The notes under the pieces: generated by a model
Seen by the model: the letters and a program-made list of their open reading frames with translations, nothing else
Databases searched by the model: none
Told to the model about the DNA's origin: nothing
Made by a program: the position numbers and the translations under genes
Assembly (NCBI GenBank): GCA_002633005.1
Contig: NMRA01000148.1
Coordinates: forward strand, 1 to 64,000
Direction of reading: 5' to 3'
DNA: 64,000 nucleotides
DNA from: Phoronis australis
Lineage: Eukaryota > Animalia > Phoronida
Shown: positions 36,494 to 52,461 of the stretch, one piece after another
How the letters are laid out: every line of letters begins with the position of its first letter
Position numbering within the stretch: position 1 is the first letter of the stretch

Positions 36494-39400
36494 AGGGTGC
36501 TAGAATAGGTATGTATCAAACCAAATGGGTTTCCATCATGGAAAATCGTTCATATATCCGATCATTCAGTGCACTCAGCGTGTAAAAATTGAATTGTCAA
36601 ACTTCAGCCCGGACAGTTCAGATCACTACAAACCTGTCTAAAATTGGGCCACAGAGGATCTCTCAATACCTTCGATGGTACCTGCTATCATGGTACGGAT
36701 TTTTTAGAATTGTTTATCATTCTATTTATATATGTTTAGACTGTATGGTGTAACTTCACATGTTTTAGCTCTCGACTGCACGATATTCTGTTGCAGAACA
36801 AAACAGGAACATTTAACAGACTTGTAAGATCTAATCTTGATATTTTCAACGTTGCTTTTTTTGTTTCAACTTTTCAATCAAGAGCACCCTTAACTGGTGA
36901 TAAGTTCTTTAGTCTCAATGAGCTGGCTATTAAAGCTGCGGTGTCAAATTACAATGTCGGATTTTCTTGGGCTTGTGGGCACATGTTACGCTCTGCTATT
37001 TTTAACGCACAGACGTACACCGCAGCCATAGAGAAAGACTCGCCATTGAGGTATGTTGGCTAAATATTTTTTCACAGTCGGTTTTTTGAGTAGTATGCGA
37101 TGACATGTCTCGTCTTCTAGATTATGGTGTAATCGTTTGTCTGGGATCCCACGGTGATAACATGCATAAAATGTTTGACACTTTCTCTCAACCTTTGTTC
37201 ATGCATGTCTTCGCAGCATGTCCGTTCTGAAATGTAAAACGCTGCCAAACGATATATCGTTTAAGTGGTTAACGCGTGAGTGATGATGAATTGGGTAGGA
37301 TGATCCGATCATCCTCAAATGGCAATAACGGTACTGAACAATGGAGGGACTTGGAACTTTCACGGAGTACGTACAAAGGCACACCATCTTGCTGGCATGC
37401 TAGGAAAGACTGGTGGATCTAGAATGTCGCGCGGGGCGCTCGACTTCAGTGAATCCCTAAGCTAGGGAGAAACCCTCGTGGTAGCCTTTAAAGGGGCACT
37501 ATTGGCGAGATATTTTATTTTCTGAAATCAGTCTTGGAGCGGAATCGAGTCTGGAATCACCGCTGTAGCAGCCTCTCACGCCCTCGTGACGAGTTCAACC
37601 TCACATGACAAATAGCCGAGTGTTTAAAGCGCATTTAACTGGTCAGACGATTTAAGCGAATGTCTGACAGACAACGGCGAGAACTCGCTATTGGTAATAA
37701 AATCAAAAACATTGAGGATTTTGTTGTTTTACAGCTCTTGTCACAGCTAATAAGTTCATAAAGTTTATCCCATGCATCAATAACCCAAAACTTGCGTTTT
37801 TTCGGCCGTAAAACCAATAATATCCTTTTAAACAACTGTGGTCATTGTGGTCGTGCACGGAGAGGACCCTCCCTTAATCCGCCTATGGGTATTGCAAGAG
37901 TACTGAGTATGACAGGTAATTTTAGTTTTACCATTAAATTCCTCGACGAATTCGAGTAGTTGGGTTTTCATCATTCCCTCGTGATCGCCTTCAGTTTAAA
38001 CCGGGCTTACCTCAGTTGAGGTCAATAACACTAGAGTCGACCATTTGTTCCTCCACCAAATACTCAAGAACTCGAGAAACCACAGAAAAGAGTATGCCAA
38101 AAATCTGAAAAGTAGCCATTGAAATTCCTCGTGGCTGAAACACTACGATATCGTTTACAATGCCAAGAGTCTCAGTGGCTTAACAAAAAATTCGAAGAGG
38201 TAAGCAGGATATACCAAAGATTGAAACTGTCTTGTTTTAGAATCGATTGCTGTCCGAAGTGAAATTTATCCCAACCACGTGGCAGGTGCACGAGACAACT
38301 GCGTGAATCTGTAGATGCCATAACAGTCAATGAGCTGCCTCAAAACTGCGTTGGGGGTGCGTGTTGAACAAATTAACACAACAATCTGTTTATTTTCGTA
38401 AAGCCTTGAGGAATTCCTCTTTTTGTCGACCTCGTTTCAAGTAGATTAGTGGCTGCGGTTAACTCAGTTCGAGACAAAACCTGACGGCGAATAAACCGTA
38501 AAAAATCCCTGAAAATTCTAAAATTTTCAATCAGTTTAATGTACTTGTGCAGTTGTTACAAGCGTTTTGAGTCACTTTGGTCAAAATGGACTAAAGGAAC
38601 AAATGCCGTCAAAACAATCTTCAAAATTTAGTGATGCAATTCATTTCAGTGGCAGTTTCGGTTGTTTTTTATTTGCAAAACCGGTTTGTATTTGTGTGCG
38701 TGCGTGTGCGTGTGCGTGTGTGTGAGTATTCTGATAACAAGAGGTATCAAGAGGAAGGCGTAGGTCTCGACCTTTACTAACGAGTTTGTGCAAATCAGAC
38801 ATTGTGGTATTTTAATGAATACCATAATTCTTCACGTTGATGCAAGTTCATGTAAACACTTCCTGTCAGTCTTAATCCCTTTGACAGATGTTCTGCGCTA
38901 AGTACGTGCACAGGGTGAAAACGCGTTGCGCTCAATTCCTGAAACCCCCTGCTCCAACTAAGAGAAAAAAACAAGCCAGTGTTTACGATCGATCAGTTGT
39001 TCTGTGGTTTAAACCCCAATCACAAGATTTTACTTCGTTGACTAGAACCCAAAAACGAGCACAAGATAGTGCATAATGCATAACAGTGCAAATAGTCATC
39101 ATCTTCTTGCTGCGGTACAAGCCGTGCCAGATCATATACTGCGAGGCTCTCTAGTCTGTGGAATGCTTCGGAGTTCCTTCACGTAGTAAAGTGTGGCGAG
39201 AATGGATTTTCAATTCTCACCTCCCGTGATTCTTCAGTCCTGTTGTACTACATTTCCCACAGTGAACAACCGGATGTCTATAATTTTCAAAGTCATTCGT
39301 GAAGGGGGTCTAAAAGAATGTGTCCTCGCTGAGATAACATTTTTAACCATTCGGAGCGTCGTGTTTTGTATTGCGCATTTATTGTACTGTTTAAAAGCTT

Positions 39401-42400
39401 ATAAAATATACAGTTGTCGGTGAATATTCCTTCATTATAGTGATTAAATGTCAGCGCTAGACGTGACCCAGCCGGCCCAAATCAGAGGTCATGTAAATAA
39501 AACATCTGAAATAGAAGAGTGTAAACTAATCACTCCATGATGTTCAGAGCCCAACTGAAATTTACTATACGTCATTCACAATACAACAAATAAATTAAAA
39601 ACGTGTGAATGGGCTCTGGACTGCGTTCCGTTGACTAAGTGAAAAGCGAGATCACGAATTGAAAGCGAAGAACGTGCCACACCTGCCTCCCGTTCAGTAA
39701 CGCTGTAGGACCTCGCTAAAAAGCAAGACTTTGCGAGACCACGTGAGATACTGCCGTGTAATTTAAATGAGAACACAAATTTAATTTATAAATTTAATGT
39801 CAAACTGTTTTAGAAGACCTACTTACAACGTTTGAAGTAAGAGTTTACTTCGTCTTTGCTTCGTTTTCTTAGCTATATTTGAAATCAGACATGACATGAC
39901 CATTGAAGTTACGAAGTTTAGTAAACTGTCCGATAGAGGACGAGGTGCACTTCATCAAATAGGAAGAAACTAAGTGACTGGGTTGTAATGTAACAAAAGG
40001 TGTATCTTCAAATCAACATAGTATGGACATCCGCAGAGGTTATGAAATTCGTAAACAATTTCATCTTGGTTAAAAAAGGGCCAATCAGTTTTGAATCGTA
40101 TGTGTTATACACCGACTTTGTAACCTGGAGAATATGGCCTGTGTAATCCTGTCAGTAACAACACGTTATCGCAGTCAAAGAATTTTCCATAAAAAGGTTA
40201 TCTTCAAATAAGTTATAAATTTTCAAGAACTTCTTTCGTGTCAGATTTCGCATGTCAATGTCAAGAGTATTTTCTAGCCATTATTTATTTATCGAAGTCA
40301 GATATGACGACCACGCATTGCGCATTCCAGAAAAGTCAAGAATTCCTTTAATATGTGTCAACCAAAGAGGTGCCAAATCAAAAGTAACACCACCGTACAT
40401 GTGACGAACAACATCACATAAATGCGGCAATCTCGTTGAATTGTAACTGGCAAGTGTGGCCTAGTGGTTTGGTTCAAATCCCACGGGACCCAACCGCTAG
40501 ACCCTTCAGTCAGCTCTCTCGCTCCTCAACTCAGTAGCAATTTGTGTTTTTGTCGATATGCCTTGCATATGTATGTTAATGATGAAAAAGTGATTTTATG
40601 TGTTTCATGCAAAGAGCTCGCTTGAGCGGCCTGCGCACGTCTGGTGCACCGTTTATCAGACCACTTACACCATGTTTTACTGGCAACAACGGTAACTTCA
40701 TTCTGTCATAAACCATAGCATTTGAGGTCATTGTGAACACATGCTAACTATGTTTTAAAACCATCAGAAATTTCTCAATGTTTTGAAGATCTCGATATTC
40801 CCAGAATTTAAAGTTACATAAAAGACATGACTTGGTTAAACGGTTCACTTTGTGGGTATTCGGTAATTGCAAAATTCATGCTCACTTAAACAGAACAAAA
40901 TAGCCTTTCGTGCTATCATAATTTCCAGTATACTAACAACATGTCTCAGGATAGATGCATATAAGGTATAGCTGTCTCGCGGCAAGAAAACTTAGCCAAA
41001 ATCCCGTGCTCTCATTGCAAAAAAATATACGGTAATACCTAACGGAAGCTTGCGAGATTCTGCTTTTCTAGTGAAGTACTAGAGTCATTGAACTCGACCC
41101 AGGGCATACATTTCAATTATTAATAAAATAGTAAAATGTAGGCGTGTTTCTTATTTTACGACTTGAAAAACAAGCTAATTAATCTTCAGGATTGATAATA
41201 ATAGCATACTGAACACAAGGCAGTTAAGTAATTAAGACAGCGCCATCTGTATACAGTTTAAGGAAAAGTTCGATTTCGCAGATACTTGGAGGGCCTGTAG
41301 CCGCTGACGCTCACATAATTATCAAGACCTGACCCATATAATCGTTACTGACGTACCTTTCAACATCAATTAGTTAAAGTACAAAAAGCAAGAGGATAAT
41401 TTTTTCCTTGTCTAACACAAATATTTCAATAAAACTGATTTTTTGTTATATCATACACAAGATTTAGTAGTAGAATAGGCATTACGCAAAACATTGATAA
41501 TCCTACCATTTACACCACGGCTCCATCAGGTTTTGTCATAGACTTGACCTATTTACTAGATCAAACGCTTGAATTGAACTCTTTTAGAACACAGAAAACA
41601 AAAATATGACCCAGAGTAGAATGTTTTACTTAAATCCAGCCAGTCCATCGCTAATAGCGCCACAATCTGTGGAAAATGTAAACTATAATCTATTACAGCA
41701 GTGAAGAGTTCAGTGACACCCCTGTAATTATCTGAATCATTAATTGAATCCTTGCCTTTATAAAGAGGAATTAGGAAACTTTTGCGCCATTCTAAAGGAA
41801 TAATAACAGTATAACATTGAACAACTTAGTTGTAATCAACAATAAACTAACAGGATAGTTTTTCACCCAGGGTGAAATTAAGATCGCCGCAGTTGCTTTA
41901 TCGAGTTCAGGTTTAGTCCGTGCACTGCGAGTGTTTAAATTTGTTTTAACGAATCATGTCTGGCAAGAACTATTCACATTTACTTTTCGTTAATACACTC
42001 CAAAATGTCAAATCCCCGAAACCAATTCTTTTTTCAAATGAGCACCTACACTCTGAATGGTCATAAAAATAGATTGTCGGCATTCTTAGCTAACGGTGTA
42101 CACCTTGTCTGTTTATCTTGAACTGATTAAAACTAAATGATGTATACATAAACTCAAGCTAGAAAACGAGCTAATGCCATTATTTCGAGAACCGTGACTG
42201 TATTCAAGTGGCTGCTCTCTGCGATACATTGAACGGTTACGCTTATACTTTCTGTGCCGAGATTTCGCAACGTCTGATTGAAATACCTGGCGAAACTTAG
42301 CCTTCGTAAGAAACCATTGAAATGACTCACAGACATTTTGTGTAAGGAAGATTTTGATCGTTTGGAGTGTTCGCAAGTGTGTTCCAAGGTCAGTTGACGG

Positions 42401-45400
42401 GTGTTAAGTACGAAAACCACACAGAAATGTAAAGCATAAAAGTCAATACAGAAGGGTTTGGTTAAACAGGGATCAGTATTATAAAACGACTGCTAGCTAA
42501 CCCTTCAGGCAAGAACGAAGGGCGCTGCGAAATTACAACCGAATAATTTTCATCTACGGAGGACCGAGGTAAGAGAGGTTTTTGCTTTCGTATTTTCTTT
42601 TTCAAGGCTATGACTGAAAATCTCGCTTGAAACGTTCGTTTGTCCTTCGTTCGCAATTCAAATTAGACTATGACTCTGTATTGTGAAAATGGCGTCGTTT
42701 AGCTAGCAGCGAGACAGTTCAATTATTTGTAAAACTTTTTTGTGATCTCTTGTATCGTTCATGTACGAAGTTCCTTTAAATACCATAAAAGATGCCATGA
42801 ATTATAGAAGAGACTTTTTTCAAACAGCGGCGAGTTCAAATGTTTCCTAGAACTACAGTTCGGATTCCGATACATCACACTTTTAGTAAAGTGGAGAGGA
42901 TATAAGACTGAGTGGTAAGTTTTTTTTAAAGATTCAAGTACTTGTATTAAGGACACTAAGAAAATTCCAAATAAACTGACCATGTCACCACGCTATACTG
43001 AAACTAAAATGGCCTATAAACGCAAGGCATTGCATGTCAGAGAACTTGTCACTGATTTCAGAGTGAATAGTCACGACCGGGAAAGACAGACAAAATGAAT
43101 TCCTAAATAACTCCATGTCCTCACTGATTTCGAAGTGAATATAGAATAGTCACCACCGTTAAAGACAAAAATGAATTCCGAAATAATTCGTTCCTTCATC
43201 AACACTGGAGCTGTTTTATCTAAGTTCTTTACATCTGGTCGTAGCTAAAGACGGTCGTAGGCAGGTTTTTGCACGAGTGAATCGATTGCTACTGACGTAA
43301 ACGGGATGGAAGTTCACATTCAAGCTGAACACCCGCCTGTACACCAATAAATGTTTAAAGTACGAACGTCCTAACTGACGAGAAACTTACGACATTTGAC
43401 AAAACGAGGCCCGTCCAGGGTTTAACCCAAAGGCACTCCTTCGTGTTAGGAATACTCAGTTGCTCCCAAAAATGTGTATGAGTTGGGGCCAAGTTATTGA
43501 ATGACAAACTTGGAAGTACAAACTGACTTTAAACTAAAGCCCCATGAACATGTGGACAACCTCTGCACCAAATCATCAATGCATGTGTGTACCTTATTTC
43601 GACTGCGAGATTTGTTGGACATGGAAACTAAATTAGACATTCACTGTGCATTTGTTGGGTAATATTTCAATTATTGCCAGAAAATCCAAAAGATACGCAG
43701 TATCGTGCTTTGAAGTTTGTGTCTAATGACCACAGTCATAGCATTCCATTTTCTGTCTACGTCTAACTCCACACGGCGCTGGTGGTTTACAGAATAAAAT
43801 GTCTTGGACATAAATGTGTTAGGCATAGGTCCTCGGCTCATGCAATGTTTTCTTCTCAGACATGTGCCCCAAGAGACACGAGGGAAAATGGTGAGTCTCA
43901 GGGTTCGTTACTACATCGTGTATGGACTAAATTCCATTTACCTCAAGTTCAAAGTGTAAGATGTTATCAAAATCTTATTAAATACCTCTATCAACACTTT
44001 GACTTTTTATTCCAAGTTTGTGAATGTCAACATTCCCTTCTGGTTGCCAAATTTGTCATTTGATGCCTAGATGTTCATTTACTCTCTGTACACAGTCCTC
44101 TAGCTGTTTCGTCACATTAGCACGTGCTACTGTTTTGTTTGTTGAACTGTTCACACCGACGTAAAACACATTTTACCTACTTACTACCTGTACTATAGTT
44201 ACTCGCTTAGTTTCTTTCTAACTAGATTCGTAGTTGTACTATGTTGTGTTCTAGTGACATGTGAGCAGTGGCCATATAGTGATCACAAATTTTATCCCCG
44301 TTTTCATAATCTGGATTACGGCTCAAGTTACACAAACAAGACCATACTTTTCATGTTCACCTGACTTAAATACCTACTGACCTCATCCTTTATTCACCAA
44401 TCAAGATATATATGTCAGAGTCAGAGGTCTATACAGGACTCGTCACCGAATTGTGGGTCACTGGCCGATAAAAACAGGAATCAAGACAGTGTGAGTAAAA
44501 ACTTTTTGACGGAGTTTATGAGATGATATAACTCGTCATTGCAAGATTCCTACTACGAGTATGAGGATAGAGAACCCAGACCCTGTCGAAAGTGTTCGGT
44601 GAATGCATTTCGACTATTAAACAAACGGAATTCTCCAGTTAAACACTATCCGCCGACTCCATTGGTGTCTTCTTGTGACGTAATAGATCACGCTTTGTGT
44701 ATCCCGGGCATTTTAGAATTTGACTATTAAATCTTAATTAGAGTTAATCACTACAATGCAGTCGGATTCTTAGTAAATAATAAACTTTGGTATTAGATGA
44801 TTTTAAAATGATAACGAAGGGCTTACTAATAGTACTTTAAGTGATGAGATGAACATTTGAAATATGTCTCACCAAATTGGTATAAAGTAATTCTAGTAGA
44901 TATAACGAAGCATTTACTGCCAGCATTTTTGTAAACTACACTACGTTGCAAGGACTGGTGTTACTTTATAGTACATTTTGATATACTAAGGGCCAGGTTA
45001 TCGCCCTAAAATGATAATTATCATTTATTGATAAGACTCGATACTCCGACGGAACTGTCTCTGCTCATGGTCAACACATGGTCATTACATTCTTCTCTTA
45101 TCACTTGGAGAAAGTCGACATATTGCGCAGAAGAAACATTAAATGAACGGTAAGGGTTCAACGCGGTAAATGTTAACTCAAAGTCGCCGGGGCAATGAGT
45201 TTGTCGAATAAGACGGTGAAATTTTATATTTATTTAAAACCCAATTCATTTATGTTATATATAGAAGCGAATAACGATCTCGATAGGGTATCCAAATCCC
45301 AAACTGTGTGTCGTTGCATTCTTCAAAAATAATCGCGGAAAATCAAATCGGGGTCCCTGGAAAAATCCGATGTCAATCAAATGCCAATGAGCTCTACTTG

Positions 45401-47451
45401 AACCCCGGTGGTCGCATGACGATTAGATCGCAGATAAAGGTGGAATCGGCCCTGCAGGAGAAGCCGGGCTTGAAAACGAATAGCAATTCGTAATGTTTTA
45501 TTGAATTAATTAAAAACAATGAGTTACCGGTATTTGCGATTGATCGTCGAAGTCGGCAACATTTCAGTTTCCGCGTCCTTTCCGCCATTCTGGGATAATA
45601 TATGTCACGTGCCACTCTTTATGATGGATATTTATTATCCGTGTTCGCAAAACCTCCCTAGGTTTATTAAAGTTTATTTTGTCGTTTATAAATAGACGTG
45701 TCTGTTGAAAATTTCAAAACTTTGAGAAAACTCTAAAATCTCGTGTAGTTTCAATTCCAAACCAGCCAAAACCCAATCAAATTGTAAAAAACAAGACTAG
45801 AACTCAGCATCTTTAAAGTACAAAGTTTATGTTGCGCTTGGTGTCGTTGGTAACCTGGCAGCATTAAAAACACAGGCCTAGTGTGGGACGATAGAATGTA
45901 TGTGGTGGTGCGGAGTGCAGGTTTATTCGAAGTACAAACTTTGCCCCGAGACACCAACGCTCTCTCGCACCCACCACCTATCACAATTTTTCGGGCATGA
46001 AATAATTCAGCATACTATATTCATGGAGATTTTGAAATGCAATTAGATTTTAGTCAATAGATGTCATCACTGTCCACGATTCCCGAGTACATTCGGCAAG
46101 TAAACGCGCAGCATGCAGTCACAAGGTGGCGATACCGGCTCGTTCGCTGCTTACTGCGAAACACTAAGAAAACACGTCTCAGTAGCTAAATATAGCTCAG
46201 ATCAGCGCTACAAGTTTTTCTTTTTAAACGACAGAGATCGCTCCGTCCAATCGACAAATGCAACGAGGCACATTCTGCCCTGCAGTTGCCCTCTTTTGAC
46301 CCATCCTGAACGAAATGATATCTTTAGTTACCATGGAGATAAAGACTGACTAATGCATGTCTGTCCCTCTTCCTCCGACTCATGACGCGAGCATACCATA
46401 TTTAGGTAGACCAATAGACGCTGCCTAATGAAGACCACATTCTCCACATACCCAACACCGAGACGAGTAAATATCGTTTATAAACACGGGGGTTCTCCTT
46501 CGTAAGGTCTTTTTATGAAATTGCAATTTCCGAAATGTTGAGAATTTTTGATTATAAGGAATACATTGGAGCACTGGAACTGGATTTCTCCTTATCACAG
46601 AACAGTAGCAAACGGGAATCTAACATTTGCGGTGCCAGAGGCGACTGAGTGTTGTTTTTTACCATAATATGTGGCAACTAGCATAGTTTTGATATTGTTT
46701 ACCATTGGGTGAAATTGTGAAATATGCGACATCCGGAAATGGATCAAGTGGCGACGGGGGAAAGTGGCCGGCCGGGGGGTCACGCTTTGACGACTGAGGA
46801 CCGATAGCCGTGTGTGTGCTCAATATATATTCCTTTCTGGAGTCTTGTAGTATTATAAAAATCTACTGGCATTGGTAATTATGTAAGTGAGCGGGCACTA
46901 ATCACAAAATGACCAAATGATTGGTGGTTTACTACACCTTTTCACGTTATATTGACAATTGCAAAGAGAAAGAGTATATTTAAATTCGAATTGAAGATAT
47001 GCAGTTCAACACATTACGCACTAGAAGCAAACTTTGTACTTTGCTGAAAAAAATTATCATCAATGCTGTAGTTTCAACGTTTTTCTTTGCATCAAGTATT
47101 CTGCCATGATTTTCTTGGCAAGATGGCCGTCCTTCTTATATCAGTTCACCCCCACCCTTCCCAAGTCACGAGGTAAATGATCTCGGCAGAAATCGAACAC
47201 CGAGTAAAATTAATTTGACTTCATAGTCATTTTCTAGCGTGGTCTAACTTCGCGTGGCTGTAGTATGTTATCTTTAGATTACTCAAAACAAGCGTAGAGT
47301 GGATTGGCTTCGTTTTTGTGCGATAGCCCAGCATTCAAGGGCAGACGTCGACTCCATTGACTTAACCCAAATGACATAATCAAAACAAAAGTTGCTCTCG
47401 CTCTCACAGCCTACGCTTTTAATGAAAGCCGAGATAAAACACCATTAACTG

Positions 47452-47535
47452 ATTATTATAATAATAATGATAATATTATAAAGATGGTTACGACGATGAT
47501 GACGATGACGACGACGATGGTGGTGGTGGTGCTGA
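47452..47535. repeat. Compound trinucleotide microsatellite (ATA/GAT/GAC/GGT)
   Basis: Direct reading. Confidence 0.85.
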
Positions 47536-48538
47536 TAGTGGTGAATGCTAACCATTAACTTCACAACAGCTGACTGATTTGCATAAAAACAGCCTGGAAA
47601 GGCGTTCTATGACGAAGATAATGCGATAATACCGTGACTGGAGATCTTCAAAGTTAAAGCTGGGACCATCATCTCTGGGACATGTTTTGGGGTAGGCCTA
47701 GAACCCTTTCGGTTTGTCTTTAATACGGCGAGTTGGTGTTCCTCATTAAACACGGTAAAATCTTCGAACGAATGAAGTTCGAAGGGAATATTCACCGCTG
47801 GTAACTCGATTTATTCGAATTTGAAGTTGAAATTTCAGCTTGACCTAATTAGCGCTGTGCCATGTGTCGTTGATTTTGAGTTTTCAATTGTCACCAAAAC
47901 ACGAAATAAACCTGTACGAAAAGCCTGCCTCAGAAACGGAAAAGTTTCGCCATATTTTGAAGAAACAGGTGAGAACGATTGAACTTCAATCAAATGTGAC
48001 CCCCATAAAACAACTAATGAAACGTGAATAGAATTTGTAATAACATAAATTCCAAAATGTAATCGGGTGCTTACAGTTTTACGATTCTTCCAGGTTAAAG
48101 CCTCAAAATTACGGAAATAAGCCGCCTAAGTCCGTACCAGTCACGGGCGGACGATTCAAAAGATTGGAAGGAACTCCTCGGAGTAGGACGCAGAAAGGTA
48201 AAGTGGTTTGATATTTCTCATTTTCTCAAAATGTTCAGGAGTTATTGACACGGTGAATAGATAGGCCTACTTGCGCATAAGGCACTCGTGTAGTGCTTCA
48301 GGAAGAAGAAGTTGAATTCTGTCAATAGACAACCGAGACATTTTTGTGTTCGACGTAAATAGAATGGTGAAGTCTCATTGGCTGATGCCGAATGTGCACT
48401 TCTCGATCACCGCGGTGCGTTATTGCCGATTTCTCACGTAGCGATTTTGGACATTTCAATTTTTGACCATCTACTTTTTGGTGATGCGTGAACGCATTGC
48501 TATGAAATTTCAAATTCTTGCTATTTGATACCTTCCGA

Positions 48539-48697
48539 AGGGAACCGGGTCTCAGAATCTCGATTTAGCTAGGTCGAACTTTTTCGGAACGAAGCCTTCA
48601 AAAATCAAGAGTACGTCCGTTTTTGCTCAAAATGCTCTAAAAAGTGGATAATGAAAAAATTAAGACCTATTTCAAAAATCTGAGACACGGTTCCCTC
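48539..48697. mobile_element. Short inverted-repeat element
   Basis: AGGGAACCGGGTCTCAGA ... TCTGAGACACGGTTCCCT. Confidence 0.55.
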
Positions 48698-51600
48698 GAA
48701 AATGCCGTTATCAACATGTTGACCAAAGACCAATATGAATGAAGGAACGATATTTTTAAAATCTGTGTTCAAAGTCAAAAAAAAATTGATCAAAAGCGCA
48801 TCTCTCGTGAAAATAAGAATGATAAATTTTGTTAGGAAATATATACACCTTTCAGAAAATATATACTCTGTAGGGTTACAGCTAACAGAATTTAAGATAT
48901 TTGCACATAGGTACAACCTGGTAAACAAGGTTCACAGATACTTTAATTAAGTCGGACACAGATCATACCTATGTCTCATTGGCCGCTTTATGTTCGACAA
49001 ATAGAATACTGGTGGATATTGATCTGAGTTACGTCCGAAAAAATATAATATTATAGTTTGCATTAAAGAAATATGTAAGTTATACCGGATATGAATTAAA
49101 TCAATATTTAAATGCATTCCTGGTCTCTGACTGATTAAGAATTGATGTTGATATATATTCAGCGCTGGGCCAACCATAAACAAGGTTGGCTTATCACAAG
49201 GACCTCAACATACATTGAGAGACCAAAAGCAGGCTATGGAATGGAAACGAAAGTTGGAATAAATCGTTTAGTGTAGAGTAGAAGGCAAATTTAAAGTTCC
49301 ACGTAACGCTAATTAGGTCAAGTCGAAATTGTCAACTTATAAACTGAAATAAGTCAACATTGCAGTGGCGAATCTTTCCCGTTGAAAGCAGTCTATGAAC
49401 TCTTGTTGCTCCATGGTTTTATGAAGCGTAATTAGGAACGCCAACTCGCCATTTTGTAACCAAACCAAAGAATTCCACTCACCTCTGTTTTTACTCTGCA
49501 ATGTAGCTCGTTGCACAATCCGCAGGCAAAAGAGATTCCGATTAGTAACACTTTTCAACGATGGCGAATACGGTTAGTGGCGAACGAGTGCTCCATACTA
49601 AGCTTAAAACAATAGGAAGAATGATTTTCGGAGCATCCACAGTGAAATGAACAAGGGGAAATACAGGCCTATCACGGGACATTACTATAGTGCCGCTGGG
49701 AAATCAGCCTCCTCACACTTTAGTAGAGGGCGGCCCTTTAAACGAACCCATTTGTAGAAAGCTCCAATAAAAAAATCATGTTTTCGCAGAATTAAGATAC
49801 ATTAAAACAACCCTTATACTATAATCTTTTCAACCTAACAATCCTCCGAGAGTAAAATATGAAAAGGTTAGTCTTCTGAACAGTTTCATTGCCCATTTCG
49901 GTGTAGAATACCTAAAACAGTCGCAAAATGGGTCCTTTCATACAGAAAAGGCACCGTTTGGTAAGGAAAATGGCAGTTTAAACCGACCCACGCACCTTAA
50001 ACGCCTGTCTTCCTAAAACTGTTCTGAGAGGGTGATACAAACATCATTCCTAAAAATCTATTGGTCTTATTTACACCAACCTCTAGCCTATTAACATTGG
50101 CACGACGTTTCGGTTAGCCATTTCTCCGGCCATCCTTAGGTGTTACAGCGTTCTTAGAGGTCAAACCGAAGACAGGCATGGGGGAAATTCATCTATCAAA
50201 TCCTCTGTGAATGTGGTGAATTCTATATATCAGTGATACTAAGGCCACTGGAAATCAGGACTGCCAAACACTCTCACTGAAGAAATATTTTTTGAGAAGG
50301 CAATACCTCATCGGGAGTAGCAGAGTACATGTGGACAAAACAACACAACACAACATTCAGTAGAATAACATAGGAAAATTCGACAGTAAAACAGGATGGA
50401 CTGAAGGAAATATAATGGAGGTTATGCACATGAAGCTGCACGTCACCAATCAGCCTAGCAAGCAGCCAGCGATTCCTGACTACCAGTAAGGAAAATATAA
50501 GTACGGAAAATTCCCCTAGAAGTTCATGGATGACTAAGTGGCATAGTGGTTAGTTGCTGGACTGGCAAGTGAAAAAGCCCAATATCAAACCCCGCCGTGC
50601 GACAGGAACAATACAATTGGAGTGTTTCAGCTTGTTCTTCTAACACCTCCACATTATACCAGCACGAACTCTACCTGACAAAAGGACACTTTTTGATGGA
50701 TAAATGACCGACCGAAACGTCGTGGTAATGTAAATAGACGGAGGTTGGTGTATATAGAGCAATAGATTTTGCACATGATGGCAAGCAGTCTAGGTCCACC
50801 GAGGAAATCCGGCAGTTTACTCAATGACGGTGACATAGATCACTGCCGTTACTGTCGAAATAGAACAAAATATTCCTGATTCAACAATCGTAAGGATTTC
50901 GGGTTCCGGCGCGACAAGCATCTTCTAATTATTAAATTAAATTAATATAGACTGAACACAACGGATTAGAAACTTAACTCATAACACGTCTTAACTAGTA
51001 GGACACCCTTTTCCACATTTATTGGCCCTTGTCTGTGGAAATTACATCAAAATGTTTGCCAAATACTTCAGAGCTAAACTTCCCCCAGTCATTTACCTTA
51101 AACAACTTTTCGCGGCTAAAATTAGCTCACTTATACTGAAAGTGGACGAAGCGAAGGCATGAAAATAATACCGGAACCACATGCTGACGTGTCCTTAGAC
51201 TATAATTTTCCAGTTCATTTTCTTGCTGGTTGAACTAAAATGAATATTTTCAACATTGAATTTATTTTTAAAATGTCAAACCAAAATGGTGAATGTTTTA
51301 TTTCGTGGAATAGCAAATATTTCGTAGACAAATATCTAGCTTAGACATTTTACTTGTTTGAACGAACCCGTCTTGACAATGGTTACACTACCAACGAATT
51401 ACATAAATAGTATTAAATGCAAGTTCAGTTTAGATGCAAGCTCGGAATGCACATTATCTCAAGATATTTATGGGCATTAAACCCTCGTCCTTTTAGACGC
51501 AGACATAAAACTTCTTACAGGAATGGCATAGCATGCAGTGCCAGAGTTTATAGGTACGTGTCCCTGGAGCTTGAAATAACGACAGAATAATCCTCCCGAG

Positions 51601-52380
51601 CGTTGCGAATCATGTTAAGAATCCGAAACTCGGTGAAAATCTGACAGAAAGCGAGAATACAGCACCTTCTTTCGCCTGAAGTGACCGGGTTATGCGCGAT
51701 CAGTACCCACGTGGGCAACCTACGCATAAGTCGGACAGCCGTCTTTTGACTAGATGCCAAATAGCTCGGAGTTGGGTAGCGCGTTAAAAAGTTATTCGCA
51801 TTTCGACTAACAATCTCAGCAGTAAGACAAGTGTAGAAAATGGCTTGGTCGTCCACGTACTCGCCGCCTCCGAGCAGATACTCGCCCAGTACGTACAGTT
51901 ATACGCCTGGAGCTTACGTAGGTATTGTGACGGTACGATTAACCACCGAGTAGTGTTTGTATTACGTTCCTGCACAAAGGCTAATGACGCGGTTCATTGT
52001 ATTATATTTTGGCTCGGTTGTGCTTAATTGAAAGTGATCTGTGTACTTATGATGCGCTGAATGGCCTGGCGTATTTATTTTCAAAACTTAACATATGTAG
52101 AGCCCGGCTTGTAAACCAGCATTTTCAAGATGACGATAAGAGCGGTCATTAGTTGTCTGAGTGTCTTAGCTGGGCAGCAGACGTACTGCGGGCATAACTA
52201 GACTAATTATCTCAAGTTCTCAAGCAGAAAACTTCCGAAGTGAGAATTTCGAATTAAATCTCGGCAGAGTCAATTAGGACGAATGAATATCGAGGGCTGT
52301 TCATCACTGGGAGCGATTTCGTTTAATTGGTAGAATTGTGAGAAGTCGGTAAGGAACGTGTTATCACTGAAGACTGAATC

Positions 52381-52461
52381 ATGCCACAGTGAGAGTGTAA
52401 CTTGGAATACTTTTACCATGCCACAGTGAGAGTGTAACTTGGAATACTTTTACCATGCCAC
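52381..52461. repeat. 37-bp perfect tandem duplication
   Basis: ATGCCACAGTGAGAGTGTAACTTGGAATACTTTTACC, two copies plus ATGCCAC. Confidence 0.95.
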